From an uncultured virus (IMG/VR IMGVR_UViG_3300005573_000084) (Duplodnaviria; Heunggongvirae; Uroviricota; Caudoviricetes), in the IMG/VR virus record IMGVR_UViG_3300005573_000084: DNA of 64,000 bases; one strand, given 5' to 3'. How positions within the stretch are numbered: the first letter of the stretch is position 1; every line of letters begins with the position of its first letter. The translations under genes were made by a program, and so were the position numbers. This document shows positions 50,533 through 59,459 of this stretch, piece after piece. The notes under the pieces are model-generated. The model did no database searches. It had not been told where the DNA came from and saw only the letters and a program-made list of their open reading frames with translations.

Positions 50533-50832
50533 TTATTTTTCATATTTTTTCTCTTCTTCTATTTCTTTTTTAGCTCTCTCTACAGCCTCAGAAAAAGGAA
50601 TATTTTCAGATTGAGAAATAAAAATAGCTTTATTATAAATTTTTTCTTCTTTTAATTCTTGTTCTAGTTCTTGTTGTGTAAGCTTACTTCTTCTAACAAA
50701 TTCCTCATGCATTCGTTTGCCTTCTAATATATTTTCTCTTATTAAATTAAATTTTTTATTACGAGAGAGGTTTGATTGATATTGAAGAATACCAAGCTTT
50801 TTTGCCATTTTACGACGTTCTTTTCTATTCAT
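50533..50832 (-). CDS. Hypothetical protein (MNRKERR N-terminus)
   Basis: ORF in operon. Confidence 0.65.
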   Translation of the reverse strand: MNRKERRKMAKKLGILQYQSNLSRNKKFNLIRENILEGKRMHEEFVRRSKLTQQELEQELKEEKIYNKAIFISQSENIPFSEAVERAKKEIEEEKKYEK

Positions 50833-50855
50833 ATAAAATAAAATTAAAAATATAT

Positions 50856-51392
50856 TTATTTTCTGTTATTTAATGAATTAACATAAAAGTAATTAAACAA
50901 TCTGAAGAATGAAGATAGCAATAAACTGTCATCAGATGTTATAACATATGATGAGTCTATCATATTAAAATTATTATTTTGTTGATTTTCAATATCTTGT
51001 ATGATATTTTCATCTGTTAAATTAACACAATATAAGTGAATAGCCGAATCTGATGTTAAATTATTATAAAGCCCACCTAAATACATCCATTTATTCGCAT
51101 TAGTAATGTTTAAGTTAATTCTATCTTGTAATATTCTATTTGCTGCTACAAGATTAGTTGCATCATCTAGAGATATATAACCACTTAAAATAGTATAATC
51201 ATATTTTTCTAAAATATAATTGTAATCTCTTATAACGCCCACTTTATCTAAAAGACCTTCTGAACTTATTGTATAAGGCAATACTGCCACTCTATTCTTT
51301 TTAAATATGATATAAAAGTGATCTTTGATTTGAACAACATCTTCATATCTTCCTTGAATAATAACCCTTTTCTCTATGTTAGAATTATTCAT
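50856..51392 (-). CDS. Hypothetical protein, possibly degenerate NUDIX fold
   Basis: VAVLPY...SGYI..DD..NLVAANRILQD resembles a Nudix box lacking the catalytic glutamates. Confidence 0.45.
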   Translation of the reverse strand: MNNSNIEKRVIIQGRYEDVVQIKDHFYIIFKKNRVAVLPYTISSEGLLDKVGVIRDYNYILEKYDYTILSGYISLDDATNLVAANRILQDRINLNITNANKWMYLGGLYNNLTSDSAIHLYCVNLTDENIIQDIENQQNNNFNMIDSSYVITSDDSLLLSSFFRLFNYFYVNSLNNRK

Positions 51393-51406
51393 TCTTATAT
51401 TTTATT

Positions 51407-52123
51407 TTATTTAGTATTTTCTACATTATTTATTTCATTATTTGAGGAATTGCTCTCATACATATTCTTAATAGCTATTTTAAGAGAATCTTTAATTTTA
51501 GAAATAGATATATTTTCTATTATATATTCAATGAATTTTTTATCACCCTGGTCAAAGGAATTTTTAGATATGTCATATAAACTTTTTGAAGGAAGAGATA
51601 TCGTAAGTGTCATTTCAACATCAACATCTTCTTTCTTTGATTTAGATATTAAAATATAAACTGGATCTGTTGTTTTATCAAAAACATTTTCATTCATTTC
51701 TTCTGTTTTTGGTTTTTCTTGTTTTTCTTGCTTTTCCTGTTCTTCTTTTTCTTGAAGATTTTGTTCAAATTTTGATGGCTTAGGTGTAAATTTTGGCGGA
51801 ATTAAATGAACAACTTTTCTGCCCGGATTTCCTGGATCAACGCAAACTAATACGCCATCCGCATTTTTTTCCCATTTTTCTTCTTCTTTTCCAACCCACT
51901 CTTCTTTAAAATTCCAACAATTTTGAGGATCATCTATTTCAGCCATAAATTTTCCTGTTAAATCTCTTTGATTTATAGGAGCAACAAATTCCTCATTTAT
52001 TCTAGTTCCATCATCAAACACGATGTAATTTATTCCATCTTCATATTCTATTTTATTAAATGTTTTAATTTCTCCTATCTTTTCTCCGGCTATCCATTGA
52101 AAATAACGCTTTATATTACTCAT
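51407..52123 (-). CDS. Hypothetical protein
   Basis: 238-aa ORF in operon. Confidence 0.7.
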   Translation of the reverse strand: MSNIKRYFQWIAGEKIGEIKTFNKIEYEDGINYIVFDDGTRINEEFVAPINQRDLTGKFMAEIDDPQNCWNFKEEWVGKEEEKWEKNADGVLVCVDPGNPGRKVVHLIPPKFTPKPSKFEQNLQEKEEQEKQEKQEKPKTEEMNENVFDKTTDPVYILISKSKKEDVDVEMTLTISLPSKSLYDISKNSFDQGDKKFIEYIIENISISKIKDSLKIAIKNMYESNSSNNEINNVENTK

Positions 52124-52168
52124 ATTTTATTTTTTATTGATATTTTTTTTATATTTTTAATTGATATA

Positions 52169-52510
52169 TCATATAATGATGAATCTTGAGTACTGTTGTT
52201 CATACTCTTTTTCCCAATCTGTTTCGAATCCTTTTTCTTTCCATGTAATATAATCTTCTCTAAAATTTTCCAAAGCATTTTCAAAATGTGACTTATAATT
52301 TCCACTGCTTAAATAATCTAATCTTATAGCTGGAATAACAAATGTATGAAGCGTCCCCTTAACTCTCCAAAAAAAACAAGGAACACCAGAAAAATATTTA
52401 GGGTCTTCATGTATTGCATATTGTACATATAAATCATTAATCCAACCTTTTGGTTCAACTTTAATTTCTTTAATTTCATTAATATTTGAAAAATCAAAAT
52501 TATGAGGCAT
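52169..52510 (-). CDS. Hypothetical protein
   Basis: 113-aa ORF in operon. Confidence 0.65.
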   Translation of the reverse strand: MPHNFDFSNINEIKEIKVEPKGWINDLYVQYAIHEDPKYFSGVPCFFWRVKGTLHTFVIPAIRLDYLSSGNYKSHFENALENFREDYITWKEKGFETDWEKEYEQQYSRFIII

Positions 52511-52528
52511 TTTATCAATTTTAAAAAC

Positions 52529-52822
52529 TTATCCTTTATTTTCTGTTTCGTTGTTATTTCCTAAAATTTTATTTTTAGATCCTGCAAAAATCTTTCTTAC
52601 TCCAAGTAATCCACCTGAAACTAATAGTAATGATATTATTTTTTCCATTACATCTATAGTTCCCGGAATTTCAAGAAAAAAAGCAACCATAGCAGCAATA
52701 AAACTAGCACCTCCTATTAATCCTAATATAACACCTACAAATCCAGAACCAGACGTCTTACCAGATTCAGTATTAATAAATGTCTCATGAAAAACAAATT
52801 TTTTTTCATCAAATGTGCTCAT
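52529..52822 (-). CDS. 2-TM membrane protein (holin-like)
   Basis: GKTSGS followed by two TM helices and a basic C-terminus. Confidence 0.5.
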   Translation of the reverse strand: MSTFDEKKFVFHETFINTESGKTSGSGFVGVILGLIGGASFIAAMVAFFLEIPGTIDVMEKIISLLLVSGGLLGVRKIFAGSKNKILGNNNETENKG

Positions 52823-52881
52823 AAAAATATATTTTTTTATTTATATATTTTCGTGAGCACATCTATTTAAATTTTAATAAC

Positions 52882-53091
52882 TTAATCAATCACATCTACA
52901 ACATTAGATATATTTATGCCAATTATTTCATAATCTAATTTATAGCTTCTTGTTTCAAAATATTTTTCTATTTTAGCTTCAACTTCTGTAGGAGAAACTG
53001 CAGATACAATGTAACTTTCTTTTTTAAATTTAAGATTTCCTTTTTTATCTTCAACTTGAATTTTAACAGTTGCTTTGTAATATTGATTCAT
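52882..53091 (-). CDS. DUF4494-like protein
   Basis: YKATVK....G..K..KESYIVSAVSPTEVEAKI pattern typical of Bacteroidota DUF4494. Confidence 0.65.
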   Translation of the reverse strand: MNQYYKATVKIQVEDKKGNLKFKKESYIVSAVSPTEVEAKIEKYFETRSYKLDYEIIGINISNVVDVID

Positions 53092-53109
53092 ATTTATTTT
53101 ATTTAGTTT

Positions 53110-53391
53110 TTATTTTATTATATTAGTATCTTTTGTGATAATTTCATCTGGAAGAATGTTACCAATATTTAATTCTTTAGGAACTTTTCCGCATTTTTTA
53201 CATACTAAAACATCAATTGGTTGAATTTCTTCTTTTCCTGTTGGTGAGACTAATGGAGAAATTTTTTTAAGAATGATAGCTTCTTCAAAAATCATACTGC
53301 CGCAAGAACATGTTACAGTTTTGAAGTTTTTTATCATTTCTGGAGTAATAGTTACTCTTGGTTTTTCAACTTTATTATTCATAGATATCAA
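53110..53391 (-). CDS. Zinc-ribbon protein
   Basis: CSCG...CKKCG, SPLVSPTG. Confidence 0.7.
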   Translation of the reverse strand: MISMNNKVEKPRVTITPEMIKNFKTVTCSCGSMIFEEAIILKKISPLVSPTGKEEIQPIDVLVCKKCGKVPKELNIGNILPDEIITKDTNIIK

Positions 53392-53789
53392 TTTTTTTCA
53401 TTATTTTTATTTTTTAATGTCAATTCTTTTTCTCTATGTATAGATGAAAATGTTCCAAGAGGACCATCAATCTCAAGATAACTAACATACCATTTATTAG
53501 GATCTATGTTAAATTTCTGAATCTCTCCATTTTCACTAACCTTTATGTAATATCCCTTTGTTATGTACATGTTCCAATTTACGCTTAAAATGTCCTCTCT
53601 TTTTATAAGATTCATATCTTTAAGAAAGTAAGATTTTAATCTTTCCTCAAATATTACATCTTTAACAAATAGAGGAAAATCAAAATCAGAAGAAGAGCAA
53701 TCAATTTTAAGAACATACAATTTATTAAGTTTCCTAACATCAACAATCTTTATGTTCTTATGTGTCCAATCAATACTAGATGTCATCAT
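53388..53789 (-). CDS. Hypothetical protein
   Basis: ORF preceded by the AAAC-N16-TATATA motif. Confidence 0.65.
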   Translation of the reverse strand: MMTSSIDWTHKNIKIVDVRKLNKLYVLKIDCSSSDFDFPLFVKDVIFEERLKSYFLKDMNLIKREDILSVNWNMYITKGYYIKVSENGEIQKFNIDPNKWYVSYLEIDGPLGTFSSIHREKELTLKNKNNEKN

Positions 53790-53849
53790 AATAATTAATT
53801 TTTATGTTAAACTTTTTATTTATATACTCGTACTTTAAAATAGTTTTAT

Positions 53850-54728
53850 TTATGCATATATTTTTTCTAAAGACCAATTGATAATATTATTATCAGTTTT
53901 TTGTTTAACTGGAACTACTCCATTTAAAATAGGCTCAAATATATTTTTATACTTTGGAAGAAATTTTCCAGTTTCATCTATAATAGAAGTATTAAAAAAT
54001 GGTGTACTGTTTTCAACAAAATCGTATTTAAGCATTTGTTCAACTTTTTCATAATGATTACTATAGAGATGCATTGAATTGGATATATGCACATATTTTC
54101 CTATTTCTAAATCTTTATAATATTTTTTTAAATGAGTAAATATTTGTTGTTGCAATATGCTAAAAAAGGCAAAATCTGTCATAAACCCTAATATTACATC
54201 ATTACTTCTCATAGATACTGTCATATTTAGCTTATTATCTCTAATATGAAAAAGCGCATACATAGTGCAAACTTGATCAGGGTTTAAAAAGTATTGATGA
54301 TAAGGTTTATTAAAGTGCATAAATGCTTGTCGCGTATCTTTATCTTTAACTAATGAGCTAATAACCCACTCATATTGAGTTAAACCGTGTTCATTTTTTT
54401 GATTGAATATTAAATTTCCATAAGCAGAATTAACTTCTCCTTTTTCATTTTCTAATTTTTCCCATAATGATGCATACTTTTTAATAAATGCAGATTTATT
54501 TGATCCTGAAAAATAATATAAAATTTCTGCACCAATGTATTTTTCTTTAGAGCCTCTTACTTCATTTATATAAAGATTTTTAGTTGGATCTTCTACTTCA
54601 ATTATACAGTTAATAATTTCATTTACTTGTAGTCCTCTTGGTTTGGTGACAAACTCGGGATTATTTAATAAATCATTTAGTATATCTTTATAAAGATTGG
54701 CTACAAATTTACTCTTATAAACTCTCAT
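53850..54728 (-). CDS. Thymidylate-synthase-fold enzyme, probably dCMP hydroxymethylase-like
   Basis: NSAYG, DKDTRQA, catalytic DQVCT, MRSNDVILGFMTD (Asp at the specificity position), SMHLY. Confidence 0.75.
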   Translation of the reverse strand: MRVYKSKFVANLYKDILNDLLNNPEFVTKPRGLQVNEIINCIIEVEDPTKNLYINEVRGSKEKYIGAEILYYFSGSNKSAFIKKYASLWEKLENEKGEVNSAYGNLIFNQKNEHGLTQYEWVISSLVKDKDTRQAFMHFNKPYHQYFLNPDQVCTMYALFHIRDNKLNMTVSMRSNDVILGFMTDFAFFSILQQQIFTHLKKYYKDLEIGKYVHISNSMHLYSNHYEKVEQMLKYDFVENSTPFFNTSIIDETGKFLPKYKNIFEPILNGVVPVKQKTDNNIINWSLEKIYA

Positions 54729-54730
54729 AT

Positions 54731-55318
54731 TTATTTTGTTTTTTCTAAAAATTGTACTACTTCATTAAAAATATCCTCTTTTTTTCTAAATTTGCCTTTA
54801 TCATCTACTTTAACTAATAATTTATATGGTATTGTGCTAAATTGATGAACTTCTGTAAAAAGATTTATTTCTTTAGTTTTATCAATTAAATTTTGTGAGA
54901 AAGATTTTCCGTCATCTATATTTAGAAAAAATTCAGGATCTGCTGTAAGTGTTATTAAATAAACTATATGTGATGTAAATGCTTTTTCCAAATTAATTAT
55001 CTTTCTTTTAACAACATCTGGATTTGCATTTCTAAATAATGTGGAATATACGTATTCTCCTAAGTGAGATCGATTCCATATCATAATATTTTCATAATAT
55101 TGATAATCATTTTCTCTATTTAAAAAACTATTATAAAGCTTTATTTCTGATCTAAATTTTTTAAATTGAAATCGCAGCGTTTCTTCTGGACTCATTCCTT
55201 TTGGAGGTTTCCCAAAATGTCTAATAGTTATATTGTCATAATTAAAGTATTCGCAAAGTTCTTTTATTAAAGATGACTTTCCGAGTTGGTCTCCTCCCTC
55301 GATAATTATTAGTTTCAT
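54731..55318 (-). CDS. dNMP (thymidylate-like) kinase
   Basis: IIIEGGDQLGKSS P-loop; NRSHLGEYVY. Confidence 0.8.
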   Translation of the reverse strand: MKLIIIEGGDQLGKSSLIKELCEYFNYDNITIRHFGKPPKGMSPEETLRFQFKKFRSEIKLYNSFLNRENDYQYYENIMIWNRSHLGEYVYSTLFRNANPDVVKRKIINLEKAFTSHIVYLITLTADPEFFLNIDDGKSFSQNLIDKTKEINLFTEVHQFSTIPYKLLVKVDDKGKFRKKEDIFNEVVQFLEKTK

Positions 55319-55381
55319 ATATTTAAATTTTCATGTATATTTTTTATATAACTAATGATAAAATTTGTTTTCATTTTTATC

Positions 55382-56605
55382 TTAAAAAAGTGATTTATGC
55401 TTATGATTGTATTTTTTAGTATTGTCTTGCATTAAAACTGAATCTTTGTAAAATTCTCTATTTCCTTTTATTATTTCCACAATTTCATTTGTTATATCTT
55501 CTCCTGTACAAACTGGAATATTTTGAGTAATTTTAACATACTCTTTAGGACTTTCAAGTTCATAATCGTGAGGTAGCCCCATCATATGCATGTATTCTCT
55601 AACATTCATGATTCTATCTTCAACTGGATGAATCTCTTTTCCCATAACTTCTCCTATAATTGCATATGTATAATCTTTATCTACTTCAAGCACTCTATAA
55701 TTTATTCTTGAATTTTTTCCTTCTGCTGCTTTTTTTAGAATATGTTCTACATTTTTTGTAACAATGAGCGATCTTTCATTTTCCGGTAAACTTTTTTGCC
55801 ACTCTAAGAATTCAACTAACCAATCTCTTCTTTTAAGATATTCATATGTTGTAAGATGAGGTTTAAAATTATTAAGTTCTTCTCTCCATTTTTCTCCATG
55901 TTTAATCTTAAGAAACTTATAAATCTCATACTTAGTAATGTCTACTTCATTATGAACATATTCATTTTGATGTTTTGCTTCTTTAGGAATCTGAGATAGA
56001 TAATCTTTAAATTTAAGATATGGCTTATCATAATAAGATAAAATAGGAGCATAATCTCCTTTATAAAATATTCCAAAAGTTCTTGGCCTAAATTGAGGTA
56101 TTCCATGTTTTAATGTATTTGTTTTATAGAATGTTATAGAGTATCCATGTTTCCTTGCAATATCTATAAGTTTATTTCTTACGTCATTTCCGGAATTAGT
56201 AAAAAGAGTAGGAGCATTCTCAAATGAATACACTATTGGTTGAAGATTATTTAAAATAAATTCTGCAGATTTATACATCCAATCATTTGGAGGCGCTGAA
56301 CCTCTTGTTCCTGCTTTTCTTTGAGCAGCTTGAGATAGACCAGAACATGGAGGTATTCCGCAAAAAATATGAATCTTATTTTTATATTGTTCTGTTATTT
56401 CATCTATATTAATATTTTCGTCATCTATTTGATAATACGGAACATTATAATTATGTTTTTGTAAATATCTTAGATACAATTTGTCATTATTATAAAATGG
56501 TTTCCATGAAAATATGACGCTTGGGAGTTCATTTAAAATCTTTGATGCTCCTAATGAAAATCCTCCAGCTAAAGGTATGATAGCGCCGTGTTTTATAAAT
56601 TGCAT
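55382..56605 (-). CDS. Atypical C5-cytosine DNA methyltransferase-like protein
   Basis: PPCSGLS (IV), FENAP (VI), PQFRPRTF (VIII), NVREYMHMMGLP (IX); motif I is degenerate (IPLAGG). Confidence 0.75.
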   Translation of the reverse strand: MQFIKHGAIIPLAGGFSLGASKILNELPSVIFSWKPFYNNDKLYLRYLQKHNYNVPYYQIDDENINIDEITEQYKNKIHIFCGIPPCSGLSQAAQRKAGTRGSAPPNDWMYKSAEFILNNLQPIVYSFENAPTLFTNSGNDVRNKLIDIARKHGYSITFYKTNTLKHGIPQFRPRTFGIFYKGDYAPILSYYDKPYLKFKDYLSQIPKEAKHQNEYVHNEVDITKYEIYKFLKIKHGEKWREELNNFKPHLTTYEYLKRRDWLVEFLEWQKSLPENERSLIVTKNVEHILKKAAEGKNSRINYRVLEVDKDYTYAIIGEVMGKEIHPVEDRIMNVREYMHMMGLPHDYELESPKEYVKITQNIPVCTGEDITNEIVEIIKGNREFYKDSVLMQDNTKKYNHKHKSLF

Positions 56606-56632
56606 TTTAAATAAGTTTAGAGGGAAATATTT

Positions 56633-56950
56633 CTATTTTATTTTTAGAAGTGAATCTACAGTTTCATTTTGTTTTTTGATAATAGAATCTGTTTTTTCTA
56701 GTTTCTGAAGTTTTTTAAGATATTCGTTTCTTTTTATTTTAGATTCTTTAGATGAATCAACGGTAATATAGATAATCTTTTTAAAAATTGTATCATTTTC
56801 TTTTTGATATGATAAAGTTTTTACATTAATGATACTATCTTTATATTTTTCATTTTTTTGTTGAGCAGATGAATTTAAAGTACAAGAATTAAATGATAAA
56901 ATTATAGTTATCATTATTAAAATTGTGATAAAGAGATTTGAAGTTTTCAT
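56633..56950 (-). CDS. Predicted lipoprotein/secreted protein
   Basis: MKTSN + hydrophobic stretch + SFNSC lipobox-like; several D-S/T-I/L sites. Confidence 0.6.
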   Translation of the reverse strand: MKTSNLFITILIMITIILSFNSCTLNSSAQQKNEKYKDSIINVKTLSYQKENDTIFKKIIYITVDSSKESKIKRNEYLKKLQKLEKTDSIIKKQNETVDSLLKIK

Positions 56951-56960
56951 AATATGAATT

Positions 56961-57224
56961 TTATTTATTTTGCATGAACTGTATGATTTTTCCATTTAAT
57001 TCTTGTTGTTTGTATAAGATTTCATTTATTTTTTCTAATTGTTTTGTATTTTCTTGAAGTTGTATACTTAATTGTTCTATTTTTTCTTCCATCTTAGTTC
57101 TTTTTATTGTTTCTGATCTTATCCATCCAATAGTAGAACTCAAAAACATTACAATAAGAATTATGTCTTTTATAAACGTTGTGTATTTTTTCCATTGCGA
57201 TTCTTTAATCTGGTTCATTTTCAT
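56961..57224 (-). CDS. Single-TM coiled-coil protein
   Basis: TM segment followed by a heptad-rich C-terminus. Confidence 0.6.
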   Translation of the reverse strand: MKMNQIKESQWKKYTTFIKDIILIVMFLSSTIGWIRSETIKRTKMEEKIEQLSIQLQENTKQLEKINEILYKQQELNGKIIQFMQNK

Positions 57225-57525
57225 CTTTATTTTTTTTATCTATAAAATATTTTTTATATGCGTTAAGATCTTCTGCATCAGAAAATAATCCATCCTTTAC
57301 GCCTTCACTGTAAAATTTAGAATTCTTTGATAAATTTTGAAGAACTAATTGTTTTCTAACAGCTAAATTTTTTGAATGCTTTTTTTCTATTGCTAATCCT
57401 AGTAAGAATTCTTTTTTATCAACATCGTCGAAAGATACAATTGGCTCTACTCCTCCTTTAATTATTTCACTTTCAGATAGGTTAGAAACAAATTCTGCTA
57501 AAGATTCAGATATAAATTTTTTCAT
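57205..57525 (-). CDS. Hypothetical protein (DUF5661-like, degenerate)
   Basis: N-terminal ISESLAE; GLAIEKKH...L....FYS pattern. Confidence 0.5.
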   Translation of the reverse strand: MKKFISESLAEFVSNLSESEIIKGGVEPIVSFDDVDKKEFLLGLAIEKKHSKNLAVRKQLVLQNLSKNSKFYSEGVKDGLFSDAEDLNAYKKYFIDKKNKDENEPD

Positions 57526-57569
57526 ATTAAGAGCTTTTTTATTATATATTTATGAAGAATTTAAATTGT

Positions 57570-58736
57570 TTAGTTATCTTCTTTATATTCTAGAATTTTA
57601 CCGCTATAAGTTCTTAATTGATACACTCCATTTTTATTAGATACAATATTATCTGATATATCAATTTTTCCATATTCTGAATCTAAAATTAAATGTGGAA
57701 CACACATTCCAGAAGTGTAACCTCTTAATCCTCTTATTATCTCAATTCCTTTTTTTATAGAAGTTCTAAAATGACTAGTTCCTGATACACGATCAGCAAT
57801 ATACAAATAATATGGCTTAACGCGAATCATTATTAATTTATGCATAAGCTTTTTCATCGTTTCCACATTGTCATTAACGTTTTTTAATAAAACAGTTTGA
57901 GATCCCAATGGAATTCCATTATCAACAAGAATATCGCATGCGCGTTCAACTTCAGGAGTTATTTCATCGGGATGTGTAAAATGAATGTTAACAAATGCTT
58001 TATATTTTCGTAAAATTTTAGCTAATTTAGAAGTAATTCTTTGGGGTAAAACAACTGGTACCTTTGTACCTATTCTTAAAAGCTCAACGTGATCAATACT
58101 TCTTATTTCTTTTAACAAATATTCAATATTATCATCATCCATCGTAAACGGATCACCTCCAGATATTAATACGTCTCTTACTTCTGTATGATTTCTTATA
58201 TATTCGATTGCATTATTCCATGAACTTTTAGGTATAGATTTTCTATTAACTAATCTGCTTCTTGTACAATAACGACAATTTGAAGAACAAAAATCTGTAA
58301 CTAAAAATAAAACTCTATCTGGATATCTATGAACTATGCATTCTACTGGGCTTTGTTTTTCTTCTGATAATGAATCTTCATATTCATTTTCAGTTACAAT
58401 AAGTTCATTGCTTGTTGGAATAACACATTTTCCAATTCCTGAATTTAATGATGTTATTAAACTCGCATAATATGGAGTTATTCTTAGAGGTAAATTAATA
58501 TCTTCAGATAACTCATATTCTGAATTTCCAAATATTCTAATTAATTCTTCATAAGAAGTTATGCTATTACGAATTTGCCATTTCCAATCATTCCAGTCTT
58601 CTTGAGAAATAGTTGGATAAAATTTATTCTTAAAATTTTTTGTTTTTTGAGAAACCACGAGAGGAGGCTCATCGCCATTAGAAATTTCATCTAAATTATT
58701 AGAGTGAGAATTTTTAGAAAAATTACTTTGATTCAT
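57570..58736 (-). CDS. KamA-family radical SAM protein (lysine 2,3-aminomutase-like)
   Basis: W.DWKWQ, ITPYY, HRYPDRVL, CSSNCRYC, SGGDP, QTVLLKNVND, PYY, HFR, GK(I) candidate PLP lysine. Confidence 0.9.
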   Translation of the reverse strand: MNQSNFSKNSHSNNLDEISNGDEPPLVVSQKTKNFKNKFYPTISQEDWNDWKWQIRNSITSYEELIRIFGNSEYELSEDINLPLRITPYYASLITSLNSGIGKCVIPTSNELIVTENEYEDSLSEEKQSPVECIVHRYPDRVLFLVTDFCSSNCRYCTRSRLVNRKSIPKSSWNNAIEYIRNHTEVRDVLISGGDPFTMDDDNIEYLLKEIRSIDHVELLRIGTKVPVVLPQRITSKLAKILRKYKAFVNIHFTHPDEITPEVERACDILVDNGIPLGSQTVLLKNVNDNVETMKKLMHKLIMIRVKPYYLYIADRVSGTSHFRTSIKKGIEIIRGLRGYTSGMCVPHLILDSEYGKIDISDNIVSNKNGVYQLRTYSGKILEYKEDN

Positions 58737-58811
58737 TTTAATTATTTTTTATGTGTTATTTTTATATATCATTTTTATATTTTAGTTTTTTGTTTATTAA
58801 AAAAAGTTCTA

Positions 58812-59147
58812 TCATTTTCCTAGTGTTATGCCAATTGCTGTAGTAACTAATCTACTTGTTAATAATTTACCAAGAGGTCCATCTTCTTTTACACCAAGAA
58901 CAGAACATATAGCTTTTCCTATCGCCGGGCCAACTAATGCTCCCGCCGTTCCTCCAACTAAAGCACCAAATAGTCCCTCATCTATAGGTTCATTATTTTT
59001 TAATTTTTCTGTTAGTAGATAATAAAGTTTTTCGGCCTCTTTTACTTGTTCTGAAGTCATCCCTTTTATTTCTTCTGACTCAAAAATTTTAGATGAACTA
59101 TTATATTTTAAATCATAATATGTTGGTAAATCAGAATTTGTTATCAT
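58812..59147 (-). CDS. Small protein with acidic N-terminus and glycine-zipper hydrophobic C-terminus
   Basis: ...EPIDE|GLFGALVGGTAGALVGPAIG... Confidence 0.7.
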   Translation of the reverse strand: MITNSDLPTYYDLKYNSSSKIFESEEIKGMTSEQVKEAEKLYYLLTEKLKNNEPIDEGLFGALVGGTAGALVGPAIGKAICSVLGVKEDGPLGKLLTSRLVTTAIGITLGK

Positions 59148-59246
59148 AGTAAAATAATTTATTTTAATAAATTAATTAATTTTCTTTACATATACTTTAT
59201 ATATTTATATATATAAAGGTTTTTGAAATTTCTAAATACTATAGTT

Positions 59247-59459
59247 TTATTTCTTAAACATGTATTTCTTAAGAAGCTCAACAATATCTTTATAGCCTTT
59301 TTCTGTTGCAAACCTTAAAGCTTCATTATCATTAGCATGAACATTTGCTCCAGCTTTAAGAAGAAGCTCAACAACATCTTTATGACCATATAATGAAGCC
59401 AGTCTTAAAGCTTCATCATCATTAGCATGAACATTTGCTCCAGCTTTGATAAGAAGTTC
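59247..59459 (-). pseudogene. 3' remnant of an ankyrin-repeat gene, truncated by the TnpB element
   Basis: About 2.3 ankyrin units nearly identical to those at 1-3205; homology stops abruptly at about 59459. Confidence 0.8.
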
